A DNA stretch of 64,000 nt, taken from contig JNEM01010572.1 of assembly GCA_000697335.1 (NCBI GenBank), positions 1 through 64,000 of the forward strand. The letters run 5' to 3'. Origin of the DNA: Conidiobolus incongruus B7586 (lineage: Eukaryota). The position numbers and the translations under genes are program-made. Positions 1-13,146 of this stretch are shown here, in pieces. A model generated the notes under the pieces. The model worked only from the letters and a program-made list of their open reading frames with translations. It made no database searches and was not told the DNA's origin. Position 1 is the first letter of the stretch; every line of letters begins with the position of its first letter.

Positions 1-1593
1 AATATATAAAAGTTAAAAATCAAATTTTTTTTCCAAATAATATTAATAATAAATTTATTATAAATTTTAGAATAATAAAACAAATTAATAATTAATATTT
101 TATTATGGTTGAAATAATTAATATATCTCATATTAATAATTGATTTATAAAATTTTTCAATAAAATTTATTAAATCAAAATCAATTTATATTCAAAAATT
201 TTAATAATTAAAATGTAAATAACAAATAAATTCTGAAGATTATCAAATTTATGTTATGTAATATAATAAAAATAATATATTTTAATTAATTTTAATATTT
301 TTGCTCTCAAAGTAAATGACGACCATAATTGTGGGAGGTAATAGACTTTTAGAGCTTAAACGGGGAATCACCAGTTGTAAATAATACATTACCACAAAAT
401 TAAAGCAAATTAATGGGGTTCACCAAACTAGGTGATAATGGTTTACCATGTTTAAAGCAAATACTCGATACTTTTGGAAAGGTGAGATTATTAAGTGATA
501 GGCTCCACCAGTTCATGAAATAAGGTACCTCCAATGTGATTTCTTGAATCAGTGTGGAAATTGGTGTTCCTTAAGTGATGGACAAGATTATTCCCCATCA
601 TAAATCTTAGTTTTTTTATTTTATTAGTACATTAATTATAATCATTGAATTCTTGTTAAAAAGGATAAATGAGATTAATATGTTTATAAAATAAAATTTT
701 GTCAATTCATTATCTGATTTAATAGTATTGAAAATTAAAGTAATAATCAAGTTCTTAAATAAATAATAATTAAAATATATAATTGGGCTTTTAATTCAAA
801 TATATCAACTTTTAAAAAAATTTATTTTTATTAAAAAAAGAGAATATCAATAGAAATTTATAATCTCTATTTTATTTAAAATGCATTTTAAAAAAATGAT
901 CTTAAAAAGATATTAAATATAAAAAATTAATTATATTAAAAAGATTTTAAATAGATAAGAAATTTATGAAATTATTGATTTAAAAATAATATATTGATCT
1001 GAAAATAAAACTTTAAAATTTTAAAAATAATGAAAAAATAAGATAATAATTCAATATAAAATTACAATGATAATATTAAAATATTTCAATTATAAATTTA
1101 AACAAAATAATACCTTTAAAAGAAAATAATAATTTATAATAAAAATCATATAAGTAAAATATATAGCAGTTATGGATATTTATATTTATAACTTAAATAA
1201 GATTTTTTAATAAAATAGATATTAAGATGGATTAAAACATCAATGTTATTAGAAACCTACTCCTTTTCTATATAATAATTAATCAAGTTTGTTTTCAAAG
1301 ATTAGTACTAGGGATTACACCTTTTGGGTCTTTGAATTCCATATAAATTTTAGACAAAAATGACCAAATCTGATTAATTTTAGTGGGAGCTATTAATAAA
1401 AGCTTTGGAAATTTAATTTAAAAATTATATATATATATATATATATAATAAATTAATTTTATAAATAGTTTAAAAAAACTGATAATTTTAATAGTTTTTA
1501 CATTTTTTGTATTTTTATTAAATAATAAAAAAATATTATTAATTGATGAAATTTATTCTAGATTATTTTTCTTTTAAGCTTAGGTACTGTATA

Positions 1594-1992
1594 TATAAGT
1601 GTAGTGGTAGTTAAATTAATATAGTGTAGAGGAAAACTTAATATAAAAGTAGTGTGGTATAAAATGTAAGAATATAATGTAGCTGTAGTGTGCAAGTGTA
1701 AACAAAGTTTAATTAAGCTTTGAATTAGAATAAGTTACTAATATATTAAGATTTATATTAAGTAGTGTTAATATCCTATAATATTAACAGAATATAGTTT
1801 CAATTTTAGAAATAGTGTAAAAGTAAAAAATAGTAAGAATTGAGAAAAAAAAGAAGAACCTAGTTTATTAAATAATTTAATACTATTTATACAATTAATT
1901 TAACTATATAAGTATAAATTAATTATATAATTTATAATAAATTAGATTATATAAAAGTATATATAAGAATTTAAAGAACTAGTTTTTTAATA
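1594..1992 (-). repeat. 3' LTR (399 bp)
   Basis: Aligns end to end with 6901-7300; hand count 38 substitutions and 1 indel. Confidence 0.95.
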
Positions 1993-4900
1993 CTCCCCTA
2001 GTAAGTTTTTTAAAAGAGACACACTCTTTAATTTTTTACAAATAGGTATAATAGGTTAAAGTATTCTTAATATTTTCTAGAGGTTCTTATGTAGCTTTTT
2101 TAATAAAATAACCCATCTATTTTATATAAAAATAAAGCTTATTCCTAATAAATTTAGACTTAATTATATAATCAACATAGTATTTTTCTTCTCTATCTTA
2201 ATTAATAATTAAATCTAGTTTTAGGGTTTTTAATCAATTAAGAAAAGTGTTAAAATCTTTAAAGTATGGTTTAATTTTAAATATGTAAAAGGTAGGGTTG
2301 ATCCTTAAAGTTAAAGGTAATTCTAAGGTAATATTTTTAAAATTTAAATCAATAGATTAAATTTTATAGGGACTATAATATAATAGTTAATATTTGGGAT
2401 TTAAGCTAAATTTAAATAGGGTAGGTTTAAGGGTAAATTGTTCTAAATAAACAAACATACTAGTTTCATATTTAAGAAGGTTTCTAGATAACTTTAAGTA
2501 TTGTTGTTCTATAATCCTTTAATTTTCTTCTAAGTTAAATTTAATAAGGGAATTAATATGTTTGATATTAGATTAAAATTCAACAATGTTTAAAGGTAAG
2601 TTGATTTAAAGTTTTAGAGTAATTATTAAACTAGGATATTTATTATAATTAATAAAATAAAGGCTAAAACCTGTTAATCTATTAATAAAAGTGTTGAATG
2701 AGTATTAGAGTTGGTAGATATAAGCATCCTAATTTAACTAATTAGTGTTAATATAGGTTCTAATCATTTATTTTAAGGTTTTAATAGTTTTTTCAATAAG
2801 TTTATTGGTTTAGTGATAATTAATAATAAACATAACTAGGTTAATTTTAAAAGAAAAGGATAGTAACTTCTAAAATTAAAAGTTGAATTGTATATCTTTA
2901 TCAAATATAATAGTTTATAAAATTCTATGATGGGTAAAGATATTAAAGAATAACAATTATACAATATCTTTAACTATAGAAGTTTTGAAATAAAGAATAA
3001 AATAAACATATTTGGAAAATGAATCAATTACAATTAGTAAGTTATTATAACTATTTGTTGATTTAAGGATTTTTATAAAATCAAGCTAGATTTATTGCTA
3101 AATATTATTAGGGACTTATAAGGGAATAAGTTTACCATATTTTAGTTGAGTATTATATTTAGTTCTTTAGCATATATCACAAGTATAAGTGTATTTCTAA
3201 ATTAATTTAACTAGGGAAAGTTAGTAATACTTTATTTTAATTCTCTCAACAGTTTTTAACTAGTTTTAATATCCTCCAACAGGTAAGTTATAGCATTCAT
3301 CAAATATTATTTGTTAAATCTTGGGAATGTTAAGAATATATAAACAATTATTATAATATAGTAAGTTATTGATAATTTTAAATCTTTTAACATATTTTAA
3401 TTAGTTTTCTAATAGTTTAAAGAGTTTTTCTTTAACTAAAATAAAAAAATTATTATTTAACAGTGTTTCTTAAAGTAGTTTAATAAATTTTTTATTTCCT
3501 TCATTAATAATTATTAAGTTAATATTTGCTGGATTTTTATAATTAGAATAAAAAAGTAAGTATATAAGATTTTTTAACAAAGTATCTATAATATAGCTTT
3601 ATTAACCTAAGAGATATTAAATAAAAAAAAGGTAATCTTAGATAATTTTAATTTATCTAATTTATTTTCTTAATAAATACTTTTAATTATTTAAGTAGAT
3701 AAGTAATTTATAATTTGTAAGTGTTAAAAAAAAATTGTAGGATAAGAAATGTAAGTGATTTTTAATTATTTCTACTAAAATAAAAAGTTTTTATTTATAA
3801 ACTAGGTATTTCAATTCAGCTGGTTTTATTTTTCTTAACTAGAATGTTATTGGTTTTAAAGTAACATTTATAAAGTTAAACTCAACTTATTCTCTTTTAT
3901 TTATTATTTTATTTTATAGTTGTAGGGTAAAATATAAATTAAATTCAAACTAAATTAACTATCTACTAATTGTAAAAAAATTAAAGTTAATAAAAATAAT
4001 AGTAGGTAGTTTTAAATTAAAGATAGATAAAGTAAAAACATTAGTAATATAGAAAATTAAAATATTTATGTAGAAAATATATAGTGGGGTTTATTTAAAA
4101 AAAGAGTTTTTCTTTAAAAGATTAATAAAAAAAGCAATAAGTTTAACAAAAGAATCAATGAAATCTTTAAAGTAATTTAATAATCTAAGTACAAACATAA
4201 GTTGATCTTTGTTTATAAATATAATAAAAACTTTAACACCATTGAGTTTAGTTAAATCAATACTAATTCCTTAAAAGGAAACAATATAACTATAAAAAAA
4301 GATAAAAAAGGTACTAAAGATGTATTTTAATAGTTTTAATGGTAATTTATATTCTTGAATAATTTGTAAAATTTAATTAACATGTTAAATATATTCTTCT
4401 TTTGTTTTTAAATAGATTAAGATATTATTAAAATAGGTGATAATAAAGTTATTAAAAACAAGGTTAAAAAGGGAATTAATAAATTAAGTAAAAGTTACAA
4501 AGGTATTACACAATATAAAGTTTATAACAATAAATTTATAGTGACTTAAAAGAGTATTGAAAATAGTTAAAGGGATAGAATTTTCTTTAACTTTAATATT
4601 ATAATATTTATTCTTAACATCTAGTTTAGTAAATATAGTTGATTTAAGTAGTTTATCCCTAATATTATATAGGTTTAATAATAAAGTTTTATCCTTAATA
4701 GTTTTAGAGTTTAAAATATAGTTATTAATATATAATCTTTAACCACCATTAGTTTTTTTTACAAAGAAGATTAGAAATCTTTATAATAAGGAAAAAAGTT
4801 TAATATACCCATTTTTAAATAGTTTTTAGATTTTTTCTTTTAAAGTTTAATATTATTTAAGAGATAAATAGTAAGTAAATTTTAAGTATAGTTGTATATT

Positions 4901-6900
4901 AAAGAGTAGTTTAATTTTATGTTTAATATTATATTTAAAAGGTAATTTATTTATAGATTCAAAAACATTAGTAAATTAACTTATTATATTATATAAGAAG
5001 TGGTTATTAAATATAACTTTATTAAAATTAATAAATAAAGTATTAATAGATAAATAATAAATAAATATATATCCTTATAAATTATTAAGGTTTTTAATTA
5101 GTTTTTTACATTGGTTTTTGCTTATAATAATAAAATTATTTGCTATAATTATAGAGTTAGTGTTAGGTATAGTATTTAATAATTTTATAGTAGGGTAATA
5201 TAAGTTTTTTAAGATTAATTCTACTAATTTCTTTTAGAATATAAAAAAAATAGATTTGTAACCTTTTAGGGTAATATTTATAAATATAAAACTATAATAT
5301 TCAAACTAATTTTAACCTAGTATAAAATTATAACTAATGTTGCTAATTAAGAATTTAATATATTAGGAGTAGTTAAAAAATAATGATAAGTATTTAAATA
5401 TAATATTAGATGTTTGTTTTATTAAGTTGTTAGTATATTTAATTATCAAGTTACTTTTTTAAATAGGTAAAGATAGTTTTACAACAATAAAAGAAGATAT
5501 AATATAATTAAAACAATTAGAATCAATTAAAACACTAACAAGTATGTTTATAAAAAAACTAATTAACATAAACAATAGGGTGATAGTTAAAGGTAAAAAA
5601 TCACAAGATAAATTAGTTACTAGAATATTTCTAGTTTCTAATAATTTAATCAGTTGGATTTCTTTAGTATAAATAATTTAATTTGTAGAATCAGTAGTTT
5701 ATTAGAACTTTTGTAGATTAGATTAGAATCTGCTAACTAATTATAAAAAAGGTAATTCTAAAGTTATATTAATATTATTTAAGTTTGATTTATGGTTGGT
5801 AAGTTAAGATTATTGAGAATTAAACAGATGTTGCTTTTTTAAAGGGTATTTGTTAATTTTATAATTAACTTAAGTTTTTTAATAGTAATAACAGCCTTTG
5901 TTTACTTTCAAGTAGGTTTTAACTTCTTTACTAAAAATTTTCTTATAAAATTTTAAAGCAGAAACATTTATTATTTGAAACTTAAGTAGGTTAAAGTAAA
6001 GTTTAAAAGATTAATTTTTAAGGTGGGAAGATTTAGTTATAAAGTAAAGAATATTATCAATTATAATTGTTGTATCACAAATATTAGAAAAAAACATATT
6101 ATTAAAGTGTTTCTTATTAACTAATTAAAACTTTATTTAAAAGTTAAAGCATTATAATAATTTATAGATTTGTTCTTTTTTAGTGATATTTAATATATTT
6201 AAATATATCTCATTAAATTTCTCAATTAATTATTTTGTAGAAATTTTTTATTTAAGAAAACTTTTTTCTTGTTAATTAAATTTAATTTTTTAGGTAATAC
6301 CTCTCTTTAAAGATTTTTTCTAATTGTTTAAAAATTTATATTCTTGTAGTAAACTATCTTCTTGAAGATTTTTTAAGATTAAACTTATAATAAGTTAACT
6401 ACCAAATATAAATAGATTTTTCTAAAAAAAAATAACTAATTTAAAGATATTTTTTAGATTTTCTTCTAAGATTAAATTAAAGTAATTCTTTATATTTTTA
6501 AGGTAGTTTTTAAGTTTATAAAGGTTTTTAAAATTACTATAAGTAGTTAATTTGTTTTTAAAAATATTAAAGAGGTAGTTTAATGTATTAATTATAGTAA
6601 AATAGCTAGTTTGTTAAATTTAAGCTTTTTGAAACATGTTTTTTTTAATCAAAAGTTGTCTAATATAAATTTTTTTAAGGGTAATAAGCTTTTAAAAACT
6701 AAAATCTTAGATTTACTTAGTAATTAAATTATTATCATTATTAAAATAATATAAAGGTATTTTTTTAATAGTATTATAGTATATAATGTTAAATTTAAAT
6801 GAAATAAATTATAGATAAAATTTAAAATAGTAATAATTAAGTTTAATACAGATAATTATTAGTTTCTAGTAAGTTTTTAATAGTTTTATTACTGCTACTA

Positions 6901-7300
6901 TATAAATATAGTGGTAGTTAAATTAATATAGTATAGAAGAAAACTTAATATAAAAGTAATGTGGTGTAGAATATAAAAATATAATGTAGCTATAATATAC
7001 AAGTGTAAACAAAATTTAATTAAGTTTTAAACTAGGATGAGTTACTAATATATTAAAATTTATATTAGGTAGTGTTAATATCCTACAATATTAATAGAAT
7101 ATAGTTTCAATTTTAGAAATAGTGTAAAAGTAAAAAATAGTAAGAATTGAGAGGAAAAAAGAAAAACCTAGTTTATTAGATAATTTAATACTATTTATAC
7201 AATTAATTTAATTATATAAGTATAAATTAATCATATAATTTATAGTTAATTGGATTATATGAAAATATATATAAAAATTTAGAGAACTAGTCTTTTAACA
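6901..7300 (-). repeat. 5' LTR (400 bp)
   Basis: Ends in ...AACA at 7300 followed by TSD GTATA; PBS-like site abuts at 6892-6900. Confidence 0.95.
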
Positions 7301-7399
7301 GTATATAATATATTTTTTTATTACTCAATCAAATAAAATAAAATTAATTTACTCTCAAAATCAACCAAAAATTATAATTAAAGTAAACTGCTCAAACCT

Positions 7400-8830
7400 T
7401 CAAATATACTATAGTTACTTAAAAACATTAGTATTTTCCAGATTATATCTCTTCACAATATTACTAGGTATATTTGTATCAGGTATTGATGAAATCCTTT
7501 TATCAGCTGTAGAAGAATCAATCATTATTGAATTTAGTGCATCTAACTACATTATTTTTATTGCTGCTTGTTATAGCATTGCAATGATCATTTTTATCTG
7601 TCTCTATGGAAAATTCTGTGACATTTTTGGTAGAAAAGTATGTATGCTTTTCTCTCTCTTTTGTTTCTTGGTAGGTAGCTTTGGATACAGATTAGCTGTG
7701 AATACCATCATGTCAATTGTATTCAGAGCTACTGTTGGAATTTGAGGTAATGATATTGTATCCATGTCATTCATCATCATCATCTCAGATTTAGTGAAAT
7801 TGGAAGTTAGAGGTACTTATTTGGATATAGTTAGCATTAGTTTTGCTTTTAGTAATATTTTGGATCCTAAATTAGGAGGATTTAATGGTCGAAAGTATGA
7901 GTTGGAGATTCTTTCTCTATACCCATTTTTCCGTTGCAGGAATTTTGACATTGATTGTGACCTTTATTATGCTATTATTCTGGATTGAACGTACAAAAAT
8001 GAGCATTTTAAAGCTAGTAGATTAATTTTGAGTAATCACTTTCAGTTTATCCATTATCTTATTCGCCTTGTGTACTATTTGGTGCGGTTATGAGTATTAT
8101 TGGACAGCATATCAAGCTTTGACTACTGCTAGTTGTTCATTATTTTTAATTGTTTTCTTCTATATCGAATCAAAGGTAGCTATTGAACCAGTATTACCTC
8201 CTAAAATGTTCAATTCCAATATAATTATTTGTTATCCGGTCAATTTCATACTCGTTATTAGTGATTTTACTATTATATATTACGTGCTAATTTATTTTGA
8301 AATTTTGAAATGGATGTCAGAGATCCGATCTGGATTTTAACTAGCTTCTTTTTTAGTATTTAGTGCATTAGTTTCAAGATTATCTGGTATTCTTTCAAGG
8401 CAAATTTATTCTTTCGGGATTTTTATTTGGATAGGCTGTGCTTCAATGATTGTTGGGTCTAGATTACTATGTTTATTATCTCCAAATCTTTCAAGCTGGT
8501 ATATGATTCTATTCTCATGTATCCTATCATTTGGAATGGGTTGCTCTAGACAGATGACATCTATCCGAGCTCAAGCCTCCTCCAAGCTCAAACATATCAC
8601 AGTTTCATCAATTTTACAGTGAATTTAGGAGGAAGAGTTAGTTTATCTATCGATAGAGCTATTTTAAATAATTATTTCACAAATTTTAAGGACTTGGTAT
8701 GTTATAGTATTGATCATGCCTCAGACTCCCTTGAAATTGACGCTTATGTCATATATTAAAGGCAATTTTTTACTTTCTATTGGCAACCTCTATATTAGGG
8801 ATTATAAGTTTTTCCTTAAAAAATAAAGTT
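7400..8830 (+). pseudogene. MFS drug:H+ antiporter (DHA2/14-TM type) pseudogene
   Basis: Reads LLGIFVSGIDE...LYGKFCDIFGRK...VFRATVGI*G...IIISDLVKLEVRGTY, later YIESKVAIEPVLPPKMF. In-frame TGA at 7743-7745, further stops and frameshifts, no introns seen. Boundaries approximate. Confidence 0.85.
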
Positions 8831-11532
8831 TAAAAATTTTTGCTTTAATTTCAGGTATTTAAGAAAATATACAATAGATATGAGCTGAAATATAATTAGA
8901 GTAACTGTATAGTATATTTTATAGTTTCAAAATAGACAATTGGAAAATTGATTTTTAGATATTTAATTTATTTTAATGCATAAAGGAATATACCTCTGAA
9001 TGTAAGACCTTTTACTCGTTTCAAATATATTGATAATTATTGTTCAGAACTAATCTCATTAATATACATTTTTCAATAATATATCCATAAATTGACCTAA
9101 GTTTAATATATTTTCTTATTTATCATGTAATCTGAAAACATTAATGCGTAATTTTAGAAAAGGAGTTGCCATATATTAAACTGAACTAAGAAATAATATA
9201 AACTTATTAATTTTCCAATTTCTATTCTAATTTTGTATATTTGTAATTCCAATCTATAATATTAAAGAGTGAATTTGTTTTATTTATATTACTTTTTCTA
9301 TATTTTGAATATTTAACTGCTAAAAATATAATCAATATATTGTCAAAATTTTTGATTTGATTTAGTGTAGTGAAAATTTTATTAGTAAATGAAATCGAAT
9401 TGAAATTACCCATTTTGTTATCAAAGCGTTTTTCTACCTCTTGAATTTTATAATTTTTGAAATTCAAATTTATTTCAATAAATATGTCAGTCTCAAAATT
9501 TTAGGTTGTGAAAATTTGAATGAATAATGATAAAAATTTCAATTTCTTTGAAATTTGATTTGTAATTCACTAAATTGAGATATTGTGAGTTTTGGATTTA
9601 ACTGTTGAGATTTATAATAAGATGGCTGATAGTAAATTAAATAGTTGTTTCAGTGAATATTGTAATATATCAAATACTATTGCCTTAACTATCCAATTGA
9701 GATGGACAGATAATTTTGAAATGCAGCATAGCCTTTATTACAAGTCAATTTTATCACAATTTGGTAATAATTTGAACTTTTTATCTAAAGCTTTTGAATT
9801 CGTAATATTCAATAATTAGATTATTGATATTATTCGCTTATTTGCTGGTTTAAAAATAGGTTTATACAAATTTTTGGTAATAAATTCCATTGAAATTATA
9901 TTTTAATCATTTTAAGATGATTAAAATAATGTAAATAATAATTTTTGATTAAATCATTAATTTCCTTTAAGAGGTTAATTCATTCTAAAATACAAGTTAT
10001 ATTCTCAATAATATTAAGAGATTTGAGATGATTAGATAGATAAGATTTAGACTAAATTTTATATCAGAATTAATAGATACATTTGATAACAAAATCTATA
10101 GATCAATTTTTAAAATTATAAAATTATACCAAAATATTGAATCCTAGTGATCCTTTATCAGATAGGTATACTAATATCGGTTCAGACGCTACTTCCGTCC
10201 TTGATTAAAAGACTTATAAACCTATTACAAGACAAAATATGTTGCATTATCTAACTCAATTTTTTGTCCTTAGTTTAGTTGTTATTTTAATTAGTATTTG
10301 GTCCAAACCTTATATTTTGTTTTTTTTGGCACTCTACCTTTGCTATCAATCCATATATTAAAAATGAAATTACAATAATACTAAATTTTAGTTTGGACAA
10401 TAAGGGATTTTAAAAGCTTAAACTGAAAGTTTTTCCAATCGTGCTAAAGGACTAAAATTTCATACCCTGTTAAATATTTTGAAAACTATTAGTTTTATCT
10501 TATCTCTTACAGCCATCGAAGTGAATAAATTTGGAAATGGAATTCCCTATTTTTAAGTATCAAGGGTAAAATATGATTATTGATAGTTGATCTTGTCAAT
10601 CTAGCCGTGCTCGCTCGCTTTATATCATTTTATTTTTCATCAATCTTTTGAGGAAGAGCTAGGGGCCAAACTCGTATAATAGACCACATAGAATTTTAGG
10701 ATATACCACCCCCATTATTATTGGATTTAATCTCTATTTCAGACTCTACGTAGCACGGAGTGTTAACAATTTAAATGATTGCTGGATTACTGTTACCACT
10801 ATTTTAATATTACTCATTTCATTATTTTTGACCATTGATGTGAGAAAATTCAAATAATAAATATTAATTTTGAATATTTAATCTAACTTTATCACAATAT
10901 TAAGTTATAAAATGTATAAGTACATTAAAAATATTCATACATATCAAGAAAGTGAATATATCTGGACTAATCCAAGAAGTAGGACTGAGTGAATCATATA
11001 GAATTTTTAAATCATAAGTTTTAATATTTTCAAATTTATATTTGACTGAATAATTTACAATTCTAAAAAATATTTAGAGATTTGAATAATAACTGTGATA
11101 TTGATTATTAAATTAATTCATAATTTATACTTTATTTTATGCTTTCAATAATGCCCCATAATGATAATATTCTAGTAACTTAGCTAACAGTTCATATATT
11201 ACGCTAAAAGTTCGTAAATATTATGTTTATAATTATAGTAACACATATACTTAATTTTATTTAAGACAAATTTAATAAGAATTTGGAATTAATTTTTTTA
11301 ATTCTACTTACTTACATTTATTACAAGTGAAATAACCAATATGATAAATAAAAAAAATTTAAAAATATTTAAATTTTTAATTTTTTTTTATTTGTTTATC
11401 TTGATTTTGATTTGAAATCATATAAAATTTTAAGATTTGAAAAATCCCATAAATTAATCAAAATAAGAAAACGATTATAAATTTCTTCAACTCAAGTCCC
11501 TAAAAAATATCTGATTCCAATTTTCTTACACG

Positions 11533-13007
11533 ATGATTACTATGGACCAAATTATATATCATTTCAACGAAGATTATTTAAAAAACTTCGAATCGAAAAT
11601 CACTCGATTAACCAATGTAGATCTCCAATTTATTATGACCAAATGGAATGATATTAATACTTTGACAAGGTTGAGAATTGCTCTTAGTTTATATTTATTA
11701 TGTATCAAAAATCCAAAATACTTTGAGGATAATAATCTTATCAAGGTATATTTTTATCAATATTGAAAATTTAACTTTATTAATGTTGTTTAGTTTACCA
11801 ATGTTATGTGTTTAGATACGGATGCTTTGGTAAGAATTATTTGCCACTGTATTAAAGGTTATGTCAAGGATAAAGATGTTAAATTAAACGATTTTTCTGA
11901 TAAAATTTCAGTCAATAGTATTATTGTTTACTTAACCAATCAAGGTATGCAGTCATTCATTAAGCTTTATATTTAATTTTTATTCATTAGCCTTTTTATA
12001 TAGTTGATAAATTGCCCGTACAGGAAAGTAAAATTCACAAAGCTTTCTTAGATGTTAGATTGATGGATGATATCGTATTCAGAGAAGATACTATCCATAA
12101 GACGATTGTCAAACAGCACACATTTCCTCCCGGCAATCGACCAGGTCCCCTATCTATGAAGAGGAAGATGGCTGAGAAGCAAAATAGTTCCAATACGCAG
12201 TCATATCCTAAAAAGGATCAGGGCAGTCAAGCTTATATCTCATCTAATGATGCTAGTAATACATGATCGTTAAAATATACTATCTATGATTAAATCATTA
12301 TATATTTTTTAGAAAATTTATTCGGTACTGTTTTACCTAAAAAACGACCTGAAGATACAGTAGTCCACAGTAGTGAAGGATTTACGCTCGCCGAAATGCA
12401 CGAAGCTATGGATATTAATCGAGCAAAAGAGCAATTAGGATGGAGGTCAATTCAATTACCTAAAAAAGGTAGAATTTAATTATCCTATTTACGATCATAT
12501 TTTATTAACTAGGTATCTTTTTAGATAAAAATTGGATTGATATAGATTTAGAACCTTTAGCTAATATGGCTTTGAATAGATTATCTTCAGGTAATTAAAT
12601 TTTGATTGTAGAAAAATTTAAGTATTTATGGTGTTTCGATTTTAGTTAAAGAAAAATACCCTGATCTATCTAACTATCGTTATAAACCAACTCATCAAGG
12701 TAACTTACAATATAAAATTATCTCAAAATATAGCATTATTCATTTATATTTAGAAATGTATGAAATTATCAAACACAGCAGTATATTCAAAGATAAAAAC
12801 AGGCTATCGGATGAAGATCAAGACAAAATCATCAACTTCATATTAAAAAGAACTGAAAACAATGATAAATTACCTCCCTTAATCGATATCTTAATGCACG
12901 AAAATGATGTGTTTTCCAACGAGTATCAAACCTCTTTCACTCAAAAGATTATCTTTTACGGTTGTAGAGATACTGTCCAGTGGCAAATTGTCGCTAGATA
13001 CTTTTGA
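11533..13007 (+). CDS. Intact 7-exon gene (~381 aa), probable divergent NELF-A (negative elongation factor A) homologue
   Basis: Exons 11533-11745, 11794-11944, 12004-12255, 12313-12468, 12525-12590, 12646-12699, 12754-13007 join in frame across GT-AG introns. N-terminal LRIALSLYLL, CLDTDALVRII, LPVQ motifs and C-terminal IFKDKNRLSDEDQDKIINFI..IDILMHE..KIIFYGCRDTVQWQIVARY resemble the two conserved NELF-A domains (compared from memory). Gene model is firmer than the family call. Confidence 0.6.
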
Positions 13008-13146
13008 AAAATTTTCATTATATTACTTAATAGCTAGTTGCTCATTTATCATGTATTATAAGTAAATCATTGTGCATATTTATATTAATTTAAATAAAAT
13101 TTTTAAATAATCAAAATTGAATAAATTTAAGTAATCTATAAATTGA

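Larger units (their letters stand above)
1594..7300 (-). mobile_element. Full-length Ty3/Gypsy LTR retrotransposon (chromovirus), inactivated by C>T/G>A hypermutation
   Basis: Direct LTRs at 1594-1992 and 6901-7300; TSD GTATA at 1589-1593 and 7301-7305. Minus-strand PBS-like TAGTAGCAG (mutated TGGTAGC) next to 6900 and PPT CTAGGGGAG next to 1993. Minus-strand relic motifs in Gypsy order: Gag zinc knuckle (~5840-5900), RT FFVKKTNGG*RLYIN (~4720-4770), IFTKLDVKN..Y.NIKV (~4590-4640), YFNNILIY for YLDDILIY (~4412-4436), integrase LLIVIDSFSKY (~3010-3040), IFDKDIQF (~2885-2910), chromodomain YIK*MGY..AT*EPLEN (~2070-2130). Confidence 0.95.

Noticed and set aside
300..600. Possible trypsin-like protease relic (ALKVNDDHNCG.., DGQD) in a slightly GC-richer island
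   Set aside because: Only two short motif echoes, no catalytic His or Ser motifs recoverable.
1426..1447. (TA)n microsatellites here and at ~50448-50465
   Set aside because: Common in AT-rich DNA; flanks do not align convincingly.
8850..9950. Coding-like decayed sequence on the minus strand, perhaps an F-box/LRR family relic; ORFs 9222-9467 and 9592-9819
   Set aside because: No diagnostic motif I can defend; ORFs are short with non-ATG starts.
10239..10860. Hydrophobic broken reading frame (HRILGY..NLYF) reminiscent of cytochrome b561-like membrane proteins
   Set aside because: Interrupted by stops and too little similarity to assign.
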